Below, piece by piece: positions 38,346 to 53,714 of a stretch of DNA of 64,000 nt (position 1 is the first letter of the stretch; each line of letters begins with the position of its first letter). The notes under the pieces were generated by a model. It worked only from the letters and a program-made list of their open reading frames with translations. It ran no database searches and had not been told where the DNA came from. Location of the stretch: assembly GCA_951406725.2 (NCBI GenBank), contig OX597818.1, forward strand, positions 139,190,001-139,254,000, written 5' to 3'. This DNA comes from Octopus vulgaris (taxonomy: Eukaryota). The translations under genes and the position numbers were made by a program.

Positions 38346-38979
38346 ACATGCGAATATCGATATATCACTTTATTCCTAAAGGCTGTATGCGTATTTATAT
38401 TCATGTAGCAACTTCAGCTAGTAACTTCTTAGTTGTTGAATATATTCATAAACGAAGGAGGTCGCACTAATTTAATTATTTTTTTCCTGAATCCCTGCTG
38501 AATAAAGGAGATAATTTTAAATAGAAAATGAATACCAGAAAATGGGAAAAGTAGATACGAAACAGGATAAATTTAATGTATGTTAATCTACCAATTAGTT
38601 GTAAGTTAATTTGAAGGATTATTCAGCTAGTAGAATGTCATTAGAATGTTGGAGAGAATATCTTGCAGTATTTCTTTTGACCATATTTCATCTGAATTCA
38701 ATTACAATCGATGTCAACTTTGCCTTGCATACGCTCGGATTTAATAAAAAAAAGTACCAATGCAAGGCGATATATTTGTGGAATTTGTAAGAATTTTGAA
38801 ATAAATAGCTTGTTTTTCTTCAAGCTCTGTGAGTTCTGAGTCCAAATTCCATAATGACCTACTTGTGAAGCAGACATTACTTGTGGCTCTGTTTCGCGTA
38901 ACCTCTAAGCATCTTGGGTACGTTTAGCGCAGTACACTTTATTGCAAACATTCGAGATAATCTTCGCTCTGAGAATATC

Positions 38980-39205
38980 TATTTCTTTACTACCCACAAG
39001 GAACTAAACACAGAGAGGACAAACAAGGACAGACAAACGGATTAAGTCGATCATATCGACCCCAGTGCGTAACTGGTACTTAATTTATCGACCCCGAAAG
39101 GATGAAAGGCAAAGTCGACGTCGGCGGAATTTGAACTCAGAACGCAGCGGCGGACGAAATACCGCAAAGCCTTTCGCTCGGCGTGCTAACGTTTCTGCCA
39201 GCTCC
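38980..39205 (-). mobile_element. Family A SINE with 13-bp TSD, absent from duplicate copy 2
   Basis: TSD CTCTGAGAATATC at 38967-38979 and 39206-39218; single empty site at 48023-48035. Confidence 0.95.
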
Positions 39206-39522
39206 CTCTGAGAATATCGTCCTTATTTCCTCCTACCACAAAAGCCTTGTAAAGGGGGTCTTGTGCAAAACTTTCATTCCTGTCTTAAAGAAAAATGAAA
39301 ACAAATTTTAGTGTTATAAATTCAACTTAAAAACAAGCGGGTTCTCTTTTGCTTCTATTGCTTTTATTCCAATCATACACTCACTCTCCCACACACCTAC
39401 ATACGTGCATACACACACAAACACACGCACATACACACATACATCCATATCTAATTCGAGTGTAAATATATATAGATACATACAAACAAATCTCTCTCTC
39501 TCTCTTTCTATCTATCTATATA

Positions 39523-39568
<46 letters not shown>

Positions 39569-40155
39569 CTTCTATCTATCTATATACCTGTGAGTGTGTG
39601 TGGACAGAGAGAAGTACAGGATGATGCAAATGTAGAAGCGTCTTGTATTCTATGTTACTTTATATGACAGGCAATGAGAAGTCTTGCCAATATAATACAA
39701 TATTAATAGGCAGCACACGTTATTGAGAAGTAGTAAAACTACGGTATGGCAAGATTTCAATATATACATATTTTTATATGCATACGAACATACATTTATG
39801 TATACAGAACAAATATACACCAAACATGCACACATACATATGTTTCTATCTTTCGCACGGCCATATTTGTTTGTGAGTGCATGTGTATGTGTGTATGTGT
39901 GTGAGTGTATATATATATGTATATATTTATATATATATATATATATAGATCACTATATATACACATATATGAATGCATTTACCCATATAAGTTTACACCT
40001 GCATACATCCATCCGTAGGTATATACATGCATATATATTTGTGTATATTTTATACCTATGCGTGTATATATATGTGTGTATATACGTATGTATATATTTT
40101 TAAGCATACATGCGCATAAATACCTTAGTCGAATGTGCACAAATAAATGCATGTC

Positions 40156-40234
<79 letters not shown>

Positions 40235-40427
40235 TTGCATATATATACATATATATCACTATACATACATATATACATATATATATACATTCATATATAT
40301 ATGTACACACTCATAGGAACTCTTCCAAAGCGTACATGCACATCATTTATTCATGAGCTAGACTGGGATAAACTAAAGATAAGTTTTCGATCTTCACATG
40401 TTTTTTTATATCTCTATGCTTATCAAG

Positions 40428-40541
<114 letters not shown>

Positions 40542-41625
40542 ACCGCGAGTGTCGCGTTGCTCTCAAGCAACTCTGCCGTCCTGGGTCGACCTTAAGTGAC
40601 TTCAACACAACCAAAGCATTCTATAGGGGTTTAGTGGAGGGGAGGTACGACGACGAGCTCGGGGCGAACCTGGACGTCGACGAGGAGTACCTGACCCGCC
40701 TGTTCAGGACGACTTTCGGGCCAGGGCCCATGGACAACTTCCAGAGATCCCTGGCCTGGCAGTGCTACCGAAAAAGCGCTACCCGTTCGGGATAAGCTCT
40801 ACAGACACGGCTCGAGAAACACGGGGCCGACCTGCCCGAGATGCGGTCAGAGCGACGAAACCGTTCTGCACGCACTCGTTCAGTGTCCAACAATTTCCGA
40901 CCTGTGGGCTTATGTCGAACAACTGCTGTCACGTGTGGGACGAGTCGGTTTATCAGCTGAGTCTATCGTCAATATTGTCACGCCTCCTTCCTTCAAACGG
41001 GAAGGAAGAGCTATTTTCATCATCCTTGTGGCTATGGCGAAAGAATGTATCTGGTGGACGCGTCTGAAAGGATTGGAGACAAACACTTTCCTCTCTGGTC
41101 AATCTCTCATCAACTTCTTCAAGTACCACTTGAAAAGGAAAGTGAGTAGAGAGGCAAGTTTTGTCTAGCGAATGTTTTAAAAAAAGATGGGTGAATGTAG
41201 CAAGAATGGCACGTATGAATGACGAAGCCACCTTGAGCATAGTCCTATGAACCCAGAAATCGAAAACAGAGAGTTGCTTATTTGCAAAAAAAAAAAAAAA
41301 GAAATATAAAATGTGACATCATTGACCGAGGTTACCGTGGTCTTTTCCGTAGGCTTTTCTTTGCACGGGTAAACCTCACCTGTCCTCCCCTTTACACTTC
41401 ATATTGACATTTCTGTGATAACGATCCCTATTGATCAATTCCCCCCCTTTTTTTAACCCCCCTTTTTTTTGTCCTCTTTCTCTCCTTTTACGATCCCTTT
41501 TGATCGAAACTCCCCCTTCCTTTTTTTTTTTTTTTTTTTCTTTCTTTCTTAAACCTTCAAAAGAAAAGCTCTACCTTGTAATTTGTTCTATCTGTGTGCA
41601 GCCCTGTGTGGCTAATAAAGAAACA
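40542..41625 (+). mobile_element. 5'-truncated Tx1/L1-like LINE (zinc-finger C-terminus plus 3' UTR) in (TATC)n
   Basis: Near-identical to the 3' part of 50604-52414; (TATC)n on both sides; ends AATAAAGAAACA. Confidence 0.9.
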
Positions 41626-41746
<121 letters not shown>

Positions 41747-41749
41747 GTC

Positions 41750-41780
<31 letters not shown>

Positions 41781-41786
41781 CTATCT

Positions 41787-42995
41787 CTAAGGGGCATCCC
41801 GCGAGAATTGGGATACGGGACGAGCGTGTCTGCATACGCGGACGACGTCACCGTCATAGTGTCTAGCCACGAGCACATCGAGCTGGTCGGCGAGACACTG
41901 AAAAACTACGAAGCGGTGACAGGAGCGAAAATCAGCCGGGAAAAGTCAGTGGGCTTGCGACTAGGCACCTGGAGAAGCAAGCCCATGCCGCCCACCAGCG
42001 CCTCCGTCGTGGGACGCTGGACCGACGGCCCGGTTGAGTTGCTCGGGGTCTGGTTTGGTCCGGACCTCCAAGTGGAGAAGAACTGGAACGAGATAACGAG
42101 TAGGGTGGTCACTCTCGCCCGGCAATGGGCCGAGAGGAAACTGTCCCTAAAAGGTCGAGCGGAGGTGGCGAACACGTACATCGCGTCCGTCATCTACTAC
42201 CGCCTGACCGTCGTACCTTGTCCCGACCCTACCATCACCAAACTACAACGCATCCTTCTTTCGCTTCTTGTGGAAAGGATGCGTCCCGATGGTCAGGCGA
42301 TCCATTTGCTGTCAACACCCGTTAAAAGGAGGGCTGGGCATGCCGTGGTTGATGATGCGCAGACACGCGCTGAGACTGCGGCATCTCTGGCTCTATGTAG
42401 ACGACGGTGAACAGGTGTGGTCGCCGTTTGTGAGGCACGCTTTCCCGCAGCTCGTCTCCATGACCGAACTGCAGTCGTGGATCAAAAAGAGGCCGAGGAA
42501 GGGCGAATGGCACCGCGAGTGTCGCGTTGCTCTCAAGCAACTCTGCCGTCCTGGGTCGACCTTAAGTGACTTCAACACAACCAAAGCATTCTATAGGTGT
42601 TTAGTGGAGGGGAGGTACGACGACGAGCTCGGGGCGAACCTGGACGTCGACGAGGAGTACCTGACCCGCCTGTTCAGGACGACTTTCGGGCCAGGGCCCA
42701 TGGACAACTTCCAGAGATCCCTGGCCTGGCAGTGCTACCGAGAAGCGCTACCCGTTCGGGATAAGCTCTACAGACACGGCTCGAGAAACACGGGGCCGAC
42801 CTGCCCGAGATGCGGTCAGAGCGACGAAACCGTTCTGCACGCACTCGTTCAGTGTCCAACAATTTCCGACCTGTGGGCTTATGTCGAACAACTGCTGTCA
42901 CGTGTGGGACGAGTCGGTTTATCAGCTGAGTCTATCGTCAATATTGTCACGCCTCCTTCCTTCAAACGGGAAGGAAGAGCTATTTCATCATCCTT
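41787..42995 (+). mobile_element. Tx1/L1-like LINE, 5'-truncated and cut by the assembly gap
   Basis: [11 protein letters not shown] motif, LSLKGRAEVAN, GGLGMP and CPRC...ETVLHALVQC. Confidence 0.9.
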
Positions 42996-43095
42996 NNNNN
43001 NNNNNNNNNNNNNNNNNNNNNNNNNNNNNNNNNNNNNNNNNNNNNNNNNNNNNNNNNNNNNNNNNNNNNNNNNNNNNNNNNNNNNNNNNNNNNNN
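42996..43095. other. Assembly gap (100 N)
   Basis: Run of exactly 100 N, typical of a placeholder scaffolding gap. Confidence 0.99.
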
Positions 43096-43249
43096 GGTTA
43101 TGCATGTATGTATGTATGTTTGTATGTATGTGTGTATATGTATGTATGTGTGTGTATATGCATGTATGTGTGTATGTATGTGTATGTATGTATGTATGAA
43201 CCTGGATATATGGAAATTGATACATACATATATATCTATAGATCTATAC

Positions 43250-43948
43250 ATGAAGGTGTGTGGTGTGCGGATAAAGGTGTGTGGACATGCAGATGATGGT
43301 GAGTGGTGTGGGTGCTGGGACGTGGTCAGTGCTAATGTGTGTGGATTGGTGTGGTGGGGTGTGGGTGTGGAATGAGGATGTGAGGTAGAGGTGTGACGTT
43401 ACGGTTTGGTATGTGGGAGCGGAGTGTGTGAAGTGGGGTGGAGGTGGGAGTATGTGGGAGTGGCGAGTGTAGGTGTGGGTGTTTGGGTGTAAGGTGTGGA
43501 GTGTGGGTGGAGGTGCTATCAATGAAGAGAAAAGGTGGGTAGCAATGAAGAGAAGAAGTAAGTGTCAGAGCAAGAGAGGACAGGTGGGTAGGCGTGAAGA
43601 GAGAAAGTGTCAGAAGAAGAGAGGAGAGGAAGGGGAGATGAGTAAAAGAGCGAAGAGAGAAGAGTAATTCCTGTTCACGGCGAAGGCAGGAATCCGGATG
43701 GCCCCTGTGCAAAGACAATCCGAACACAGGTGTTGTAGTGAATGACCGGTGGAACGAAAGTCTGATGTCTCGGTGGTGCTCCGTGAATCGGTTAGCCAAG
43801 TGGCGTCACGTTTGACCGATATATAGAGAAGGGCAGAAAAAGGAGATGCAGTAACTGACGTTGCTAGAAGTGCAGGTAAAGGAGTCGGTGAAAATATGAT
43901 AGGGACGATGATGGGTGCCTGGGTGGATAGTGTTGTTGGAGTGGTTCA
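43250..43948 (-). mobile_element. Penelope-like GIY-YIG fragment (duplicate of 34250-34975)
   Basis: Homologous sequence including LYIGQT and RFTEHHRDIR. Confidence 0.8.
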
Positions 43949-44461
43949 ACATTTTAAGTTGGTATAGTTATTAACAGTGATTATCATTATAATCATTATC
44001 AAATAAATAACACTGAAGCAAAGTAACACCAAATATATAGTGCGTGTGTTTTTATTGGCTAAACAGGCAAAATGACCATTCCGAAATACAACAATGTCTG
44101 TTTCAACACACGATTTCACATAAAAAATCTTGCACAACGAATATATAAAAGTGATTATCATTATTATTGTAATAATTATGCCTGATTATGCCAAAAATAC
44201 CGCGAGCAGAAACAGCTGTTAGATGAGGAATTGTCTTTATTTTTGTAATCAATAAATAATTATTGATGTTTATCAGTTATCAATTTTATCTCCATTTTCT
44301 TATTTTTCATTAAATATAGATAAATCTCGGTTTATTTCTTTCCTTACTTACCATTTATGAGCATTAACACTAAATCTCATAATCACATATAGGTAATACA
44401 CCAGTAATTCACTGGATATAAATATCCCTTGGACGCTTTTTATAACCTCTAATTGAAATCA

Positions 44462-44515
<54 letters not shown>

Positions 44516-45204
44516 TATGTGTGTGTGTATAATGGAATAATTACTGTGAAGCATTGTATACAATATATTGTATAAAAGATGCGAAGTAAATGCAAGGTAA
44601 ATCACAAGAAAACAAATATGTGAATTAATGTAGACTTAACTTGTATTCAATATTTCGGGGTTATGACCCCATATTCAAGGAATTTGAAGACATCGGCAAC
44701 ATTCGTCAATTCCTTGAAAATGGGGTCATGACCCCGAAATACTGAATGCAAGGTAAGTCTACTCTAATTCACATATTTGTTTCCATGTAATTTACCTTGC
44801 ATTTACTTCGCATCGTTCTGGCCTTACCCACGATCTTTTATACATGATCTTTTATACGTGTGTGTGTGTGTGTGTGTGTTTGAGTATATAAAGCCATTTT
44901 CCATCAAAGGTATTGGAAAAGCAGAGAAAAAGACGAACGGATTACATTGTCAAATATATTACGCTGGGAAAAAAACAGGTAAGATGTCGACGATTCGGAA
45001 AGTTTTTCCTTTATCGAAACTAGACGTAGAAGAGAGGATATATAAGGGTACAAACACAAGCATACACACCCATACTCTCACACAAACATACCCACACACA
45101 ACTATACTCTTAAAAAAACACACCCATTCACTCACACAAACACCCCAGCACCCATACTCTCACAGAAACACACCCAAACTCACACACAATCACACCAACA
45201 CAAT

Positions 45205-45262
<58 letters not shown>

Positions 45263-45553
45263 ATATTGGAAGTAGAAGAAAAAACGGATGTGTGGTTACG
45301 GCCGAGAAAAATCGATTATCTTATTTTCTAGTCGTTTTTTTTTTCATACAAACTAAACTAAACGTCTAATAAGAAATTTAAATTAGCGACGAGGTCAAGG
45401 TGTTGCTTCCGGCAGATGAAAAATGAACTCTGTGACGTCTCATTTTCTGTCTATCTTCGTCTAAACAGTCAGAATACATACATACAAGAATACATAAATT
45501 TACTAATACACACACACAAACACACACACACACACACACGCTCTCACACACAG

Positions 45554-45605
<52 letters not shown>

Positions 45606-45609
45606 TATG

Positions 45610-45671
<62 letters not shown>

Positions 45672-46092
45672 GAAGTATATTCTATTTATGAATATGTCTA
45701 GATAAATACGGGTACACGGAGATAAGGGGATAGGTAAAATGTAGGTTGATGGATTAAGTGATTGATGCATAACGCATCCACACGCATATTATGCATGTGT
45801 GTCTAATATGTATAGATAATATGGCTAGAAGCTATGCCAAAGGAAAGTGTAAAATGGCCAGAGTGAGATGTGTGTGTATGGGGTGTGTGTGCATGTGTTT
45901 GTGTGTCCGTGTGCGTTCGTGTGCGTGTGTGTGTGTGTCCATGTCTGTGTGTTTATGTGTGTGTGTAAAATATATGTTCATGAAGTTGATGAGGTTGTAG
46001 ACACACACACACACATATATATATAGAAGGCAAGAACGATAAACAATGAGTTTATTAGAGACAGAGAGGTTTTAATTCAGGTCACTAATAAG

Positions 46093-46142
<50 letters not shown>

Positions 46143-47324
46143 AGAGTATAAGAGAGGAAAAGGGAGAGAGAGAAAGCGAGAGAGAAAGATGAGAAAAAGA
46201 GAGGGAAAAGGAAAAATAAGAGAGATTATTCGCAATGTACAAATACTTACACACTCATACTAATATGAAGGATTGTCAGATAAATTCGCTCGTTTCTTTT
46301 TTCCATTTACTTTAATCTTTACTTTCCACAAACACTTTTAATAAGCATTATGTTTTCCTTATCTGTCCACGAAGTTTTGCCAACAATCCACTTGCGAATG
46401 CCTTGACAATAAAAATATCACCAGGACTTGACTCGAAGAGCGCACCGAGCCACGTTTCTTAGCTTTCATGTCATTGTAGAACCAAACGTCTTGCGGATTG
46501 CTGGAGAGCGACCGAAAAGGGCAATAATCTGAAGATGCTATATCAGGGGAATACGGTAAGTATGATGGAACTTCTCAGCTGAGCTCCTGATTAACACTTT
46601 TGGTTAAAATAGCGCCTTGCAAGGTGATTTTCGTTTCCTGAGTCTCCACGAATATGAGAAAAAGCTTCTATGTTCAATTTTCACTTTAAACCAATCTTGG
46701 TTAGCGGTTTGTTATCATAGGGAGATACTTCAAAGTTTTCATATCCGAAGAAAAGACAGGACTCTATTGCTTATACCTGCCAACAGGTAAACAACTGCAT
46801 GCTATTTACATATTCAAACATGAGATCTGAGTTGTTAAACGAGTATAACGTGTATATATAAGAAGTAATACGGTGTGCAGATAGACACTTTACAGCCGTT
46901 TCAAAAATAGATGGGCAGATAGTGCATTTCCCTGCTAATAATCGACAGTCAACATTATAGTTGCTATCTATTCCATCATTGGAGGAAGAATCCGCACTCC
47001 TTTTACCTTCCTTTCCTCTGTGATCAATACTCACGTAACAATTCATCCTCATGCTTAAATATATAGTTAACACTCACTGCCCTGATACTAGCTATTCTCC
47101 TGTTTATACTTGTATTCTATTATACTCATCCTTGCTCAGCCGAAACACTGCCTTTAGCTAAAATTCCTGCTTCTAGTCGAAGTTCAAGATGGAGTTTTAG
47201 GCAGCAATTCAAACTGAGCACTAATTGTATGTACGTAGTCTCTTACATCATCAGATCTAATATTACCTGAATTATACATATGTATGCGTGTGTATATGTG
47301 TGTGTGAGAGAGAGAGAGAAAGTA

Positions 47325-47399
<75 letters not shown>

Positions 47400-48303
47400 A
47401 CATGCGAATATCGATATATCACTTTATTCCTAAAGGCTGTATGCGTATTTATATTCATGTAGCAACTTCAGCTAGTAACTTCTTAGTTGTTGAATATATT
47501 CATAAACGAAGGAGGTCGCACTAATTTAATTATTTTTTTCCCGAATCCCTGCTGAATAAAGGAGATAATTTTAAATAGAAAATGAATACCAGAAAATGGG
47601 AAAAGTAGATACGAAACAGGATAAATTTAATGTATGTTAATCTACCAATTAGTTGTAATTTAATTTGAAGGATTATTCAGCTAGTAGAATGTCATTAGAA
47701 TGTTGGAGAGAATATCTTGCAGTATTTCTTTTGACCATATTTCATCTGAATTCAATTACAATCGATGTCAAAACTTTGCCTTGCATACGCTCGGATTTAA
47801 TAAAAAAAAGTACCAATGCAAGGCGATATATTTGTGGAATTTGTAAGAATTTTGAAATAAATAGCTTGTTTTTCTTCAAGCTCTGTGAGTTCTGAGTCCA
47901 AATTCCATAATGACCTACTTGTGAAGTAGACATTACCCGTGGCTCTGTTTCGCGTAACCTCTAAGCATCTTGGATACGTTTAACGCAGTACACTTTATTG
48001 CAAACATTCGAGATAATCTTCGCTCTGAGAATATCGTCCTTATTTCCTCCTACCACAAAAGCCTTGTAAAGGGGTCTTGTGTAAAGCTTTCATTCCTGTC
48101 TTAAAGAAAAATGAAAACAAATTTTAGTGTTATAAATTCAACTAAAAACAAGCGGGTTCTCTTTTGCTTCTATTGCCTTTATTCCTATCATATAATCACT
48201 CTCCCACACACCTACATACATGCATACACACACAAACACACGCACATACACACATACATCCATATCTAATTCGAGGTGTAAATATATAGATACATACAAA
48301 CAA

Positions 48304-48388
<85 letters not shown>

Positions 48389-48972
48389 CTATCTATCTAT
48401 ATACCTGTGAGTGTGTGTGGACAGAGAGAAGTACAGGATGATGCAAATGTAGAAGCGTCTTGTATTCTATGTTACTTTATATGACAGGCAATGAGAAGTC
48501 TTGCCAATATAATACAATATTAATAGGCAGCACACGTTATTGAGAAGTAGTAAAACTACGGTATGGCAAGATTTCAATATATACATATTTTTATATGCAT
48601 ACGAACATACATTTATGTATACAGAACAAATATACACCAAACATGCACACATACATATGTTTCTATCTTTCGCACGGCCATATTTGTTTGTGAGTGCATG
48701 TGTATGTGTGTATGTGTGTGAGTGTATATATATATGTATATATTTATATATATATATATATATAGATCACTATATATACACATATATGAATGCATTTACC
48801 CATATAAGTTTACACCTGCATACATCCATCCGTAGGTATATACATGCATATATATTTGTGTATATTTTATACCTATGCGTGTATATATATGTGTGTATAT
48901 ACGTATGTATATATTTTTAAGCATACATACCTTAGTCGAATGTGCACAAATAAATGCGTGTCTCTCTCTCTC

Positions 48973-49047
<75 letters not shown>

Positions 49048-49237
49048 TGCATATATATACATATATATCACTATACATACATATATACATATATATATAC
49101 ATTCATATATATATGTACACACTCATAGGAACTCTTCCAAAGCGTACATGCACATCATTTATTCATGAGGTAGACTGGGATAAACTAAAGATAAGTTTTC
49201 GATCTTCACATGTTTTTATATCTCTATGCTTATCAAG

Positions 49238-49359
<122 letters not shown>

Positions 49360-50444
49360 ACCGCGAGTGTCGCGTTGCTCTCAAGCAACTCTGCCGTCCT
49401 GGGTCGACCTTAAGTGACTTCAACACAACCAAAGCATTCTATAGGGGTTTAGTGGAGGGGAGGTACGACGACGAGCTCGGGGCGAACCTGGACGTCGACG
49501 AGGAGTACCTGACCCGCCTGTTCAGGACGACTTTCGGGCCAGGGCCCATGGACAACTTCCAGAGATCCCTGGCCTGGCAGTGCTACCGAAAAAGCGCTAC
49601 CCGTTCGGGATAAGCTCTACAGACACGGCTCGAGAAACACGGGGCCGACCTGCCCGAGATGCGGTCAGAGCGACGAAACCGTTCTGCACGCACTCGTTCA
49701 GTGTCCAACAATTTCCGACCTGTGGGCTTATGTCGAACAACTGCTGTCACGTGTGGGACGAGTCGGTTTATCAGCTGAGTCTATCGTCAATATTGTCACG
49801 CCTCCTTCCTTCAAAAGGGAAGGAAGAGCTATTTTCATCATCCTTGTGGCTATGGCGAAAGAATGTATCTGGTGGACGCGTCTGAAAGGATTGGAGACAA
49901 ACACTTTCCTCTCTGGTCAATCTCTCATCAACTTCTTCAAGTACCACTTGAAAAGGAAAGTGAGAGTAGAGAGGCAAGTTTTGTCTAGCGAATGTTTTAA
50001 AAAAAGATGGGTGAATGTAGCAAGAATGGCACGTATGAATGACGAAGCCACCTTGAGCATAGTCCTATGAACCCAGAAATCGAAAACAGAGAGTTGCTTA
50101 TTTGCAAAAAAAAAAAAAAAGAAATATAAAATGTGACATCATTGACCGAGGTTACCGTGGTCTTTTCCGTAGGCTTTTCTTTGCACGGGTAAACCTCACC
50201 TGTCCTCCCCTTTACACTTCATATTGACATTTCTGTGATAACGATCCCTATTGATCAATTCCCCCCCCCCTTTTTTTTAACCCCCCTTTTTTTTGTCCTC
50301 TTTCTCTCCTTTTACGATCCCTTTGATCGAAACTCCCCCTTACTTTTTTTTTTTTTTTTTTTCTTTCTTAAACCTTCAAAAGAAAAGCTCTACCTTGTAA
50401 TTTGTTCTATCTGTGTGCAGCCCTGTGTGGCTAATAAAGAAACA
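49360..50444 (+). mobile_element. Short Tx1/L1-like copy (duplicate of 40542-41625)
   Basis: ORF ends ...ARMNDEATLSIVL* at 50070; flanked by (TATC)n. Confidence 0.9.
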
Positions 50445-50559
<115 letters not shown>

Positions 50560-50566
50560 ATCTGTC

Positions 50567-50597
<31 letters not shown>

Positions 50598-50603
50598 CTA
50601 TCT

Positions 50604-52414
50604 CTAAGGGGCATCCCGCGAGAATTGGGATACGGGACGAGCGTGTCTGCATACGCGGACGACGTCACCGTCATAGTGTCTAGCCACGAGCACATCGAGC
50701 TGGTCGGCGAGACACTGAAAAACTACGAAGCGGTGACAGGAGCGAAAATCAACCGGGAAAAGTCAGTGGGCTTGCGACTAGGCACCTGGAGAAGCAAGCC
50801 CATGCCGCCCACCAGCGCCTCCGTCGTGGGACGCTGGACCGACGGCCCGGTTGAGTTGCTCGGGGTCTGGTTTGGTCCGGACCTCCAAGTGGAGAAGAAC
50901 TGGAACGAGATAACGAGTAGGGTGGTCACTCTCGCCCGGCAATGGGCCGAGAGGAAACTGTCCCTAAAAGGTCGAGCGGAGGTGGCGAACACGTACATCG
51001 CGTCCGTCATCTACTACCGCCTGACCGTCGTACCTTGTCCCGACCCTACCATCACCAAACTACAACGCATCCTCTTTCGCTTCTTGTGGAAAGGATGCGT
51101 CCCGATGGTCAGGCGATCCATTTGCTGTCAACACCCGTTAAAAGGAGGGCTGGGCATGCCGTGGTTGATGATGCGCAGACACGCGCTGAGACTGCGGCAT
51201 CTCTGGCTCTATGTAGACGACGGTGAACAGGTGTGGTCGCCGTTTGTGAGGCACGCTTTCCCGCAGCTCGTCTCCATGACCGAACTGCAGTCGTGGATCA
51301 AAAAGAGGCCGAGGAAGGGCGAATGGCACCGCGAGTGTCGCGTTGCTCTCAAGCAACTCTGCCGTCCTGGGTCGACCTTAAGTGACTTCAACACAACCAA
51401 AGCATTCTATAGGTGTTTAGTGGAGGGGAGGTACGACGACGAGCTCGGGGCGAACCTGGACGTCGACGAGGAGTACCTGACCCGCCTGTTCAGGACGACT
51501 TTCGGGCCAGGGCCCATGGACAACTTCCAGAGATCCCTGGCCTGGCAGTGCTACCGAGAAGCGCTACCCGTTCGGGATAAGCTCTACAGACACGGCTCGA
51601 GAAACACGGGGCCGACCTGCCCGAGATGCGGTCAGAGCGACGAAACCGTTCTGCACGCACTCGTTCAGTGTCCAACAATTTCCGACCTGTGGGCTTATGT
51701 CGAACAACTGCTGTCACGTGTGGGACGAGTCGGTTTATCAGCTGAGTCTATCGTCAATATTGTCACGCCTCCTTCCTTCAAACGGGAAGGAAGAGCTATT
51801 TTCATCATCCTTGTGGCTATGGCGAAAGAATGTATCTGGTGGACGCGTCTGAAAGGATTGGAGACAAACACTTTCCTCTCTGGTCAATCTCTCATCAACT
51901 TCTTCAAGTACCACTTGAAAAGGAAAGTGAGAGTAGAGAGGCAAGTTTTGTCTAGCGAATGTTTTAAAAAGATGGGTGAATGTAGCAAGAATGGCACGTA
52001 TGAATGACGAAGCCACCTTGAGCATAGTCCTATGAACCCAGAAATCGAAAACAGAGAGTTGCTTATTTGCAAAAAAAAAAAAAAAAAAAAGAAATATAAA
52101 ATGTGACTTCATTGACCGAGGTTACCGTGGTCTTTTCCGTAGGCTTTTCTTTCCACGGGTAAACCTCACCTGTCCTCCCCTTTACACTTCATATTGACAT
52201 TTCTGTGATAACGATCCCTATTGATCATTTTTTTTTTTTTCTCTCCCCCTTTTTTTAACCCCCTTTTTTGTCCTCTTTCTCTCCTTTTACGATCCCTTTT
52301 GATCGAAACTCCCCCTTCCTTTTTTTTTTTTTTTTTTTTAAACCTTCAAAAGAAAAGCTCTACCTTGTAATTTGTTCTATCTGTGTGCAGCCCTGTGTGG
52401 CTAATAAAGAAACA
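50604..52414 (+). mobile_element. Tx1/L1-like LINE, 5'-truncated within RT, with intact 3' end
   Basis: Open frame from YADD through thumb (LLGVWFG, NWNE, WAERKLSLKGR), GGLG and LPVRDKL...CPRCGQSDETVLHALVQC. A homopolymer frameshift lies near 51970. 3' UTR with AATAAA runs directly into (TATC)n. Confidence 0.92.
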
Positions 52415-52715
<301 letters not shown>

Positions 52716-52999
52716 GTGTGCATATATATATATATACATACACATACATGTATGTGTGTGTGTGTGGGGGTTAAACGCACGTGGACTGTCGGCGATTTTC
52801 CCTTATTTTTCCATAGTTCTCTTTGAATTTCTCTGTTTTCGACGAAGAGCTATGCTCGAAACATTAGCAACAACTATCTCCCTCAACCGAGCGTCAACTT
52901 AATACATTTCTTGTGCGCGTACTCACGTTCGTTTTTTTTTCTTTTTTCTCTGTTATTTAATTGTTTGTTTATTTGAATTGATCATATATATATATATAT

Positions 53000-53432
53000 C
53001 TCCTTTACTTGTTTCAGTCATTTGACTGCGGCCATGCTGGAGCACCACCTTTAGTCGAGCAAATCGACCCGGGACTTATTCTTTGTAGGCCTAGTACTTA
53101 TTCTATCGGGCTCTTTTTGCCGAACCGATAAGTGACGGGCACGTAAACACACCAGCATCGGTTGTCAAGCGATGGTGGGGGGACAAACACAGACACACAA
53201 ACACATACACATACATACATATATGGCCTAGTGGTTAGGGCAGCGGACTTGCGGTCGGAGGATCGCGGTTTCGATTCCCAGACCGGGCGTTGTGTGTGTT
53301 TATTGAGCGAAAACACCTAAAAGCTCCACGAGGCTCCGGCAGGGATGGTGGTGGTGATCCCTGCTGTACTCTTTCACCACTCTAAAGGCGGTGCTCCAGC
53401 ATGGCCGCAGTCAAATGACTGAAACAAGTACA

Positions 53433-53465
<33 letters not shown>

Positions 53466-53640
53466 CATATATACATATATACGACAGGCTTCTTTCAGTT
53501 TCCGTCTACCAAATCCACTCACAAGGCATTGGTCCGCCCGAGGCTATAGCAGAAGACACTTGCCCAAGATGCCACGTAGTGGGACTGAACCTGGAACCAT
53601 GTGGTTGGTAAGCAAGCTACTTACCACACAGTCACTCCAG
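53000..53640 (-). mobile_element. Family C SINE interrupted by a family B 5' fragment (+, ~53222-53383) and an inverted family C end (~53384-53430)
   Basis: Segment-wise identity to 31828-32238 and to the reverse complement of 11390-11545. Confidence 0.8.
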
Positions 53641-53678
<38 letters not shown>

Positions 53679-53714
53679 TTCTATCCTTTATTATCTTGTT
53701 CTTTTCATAGAGTG

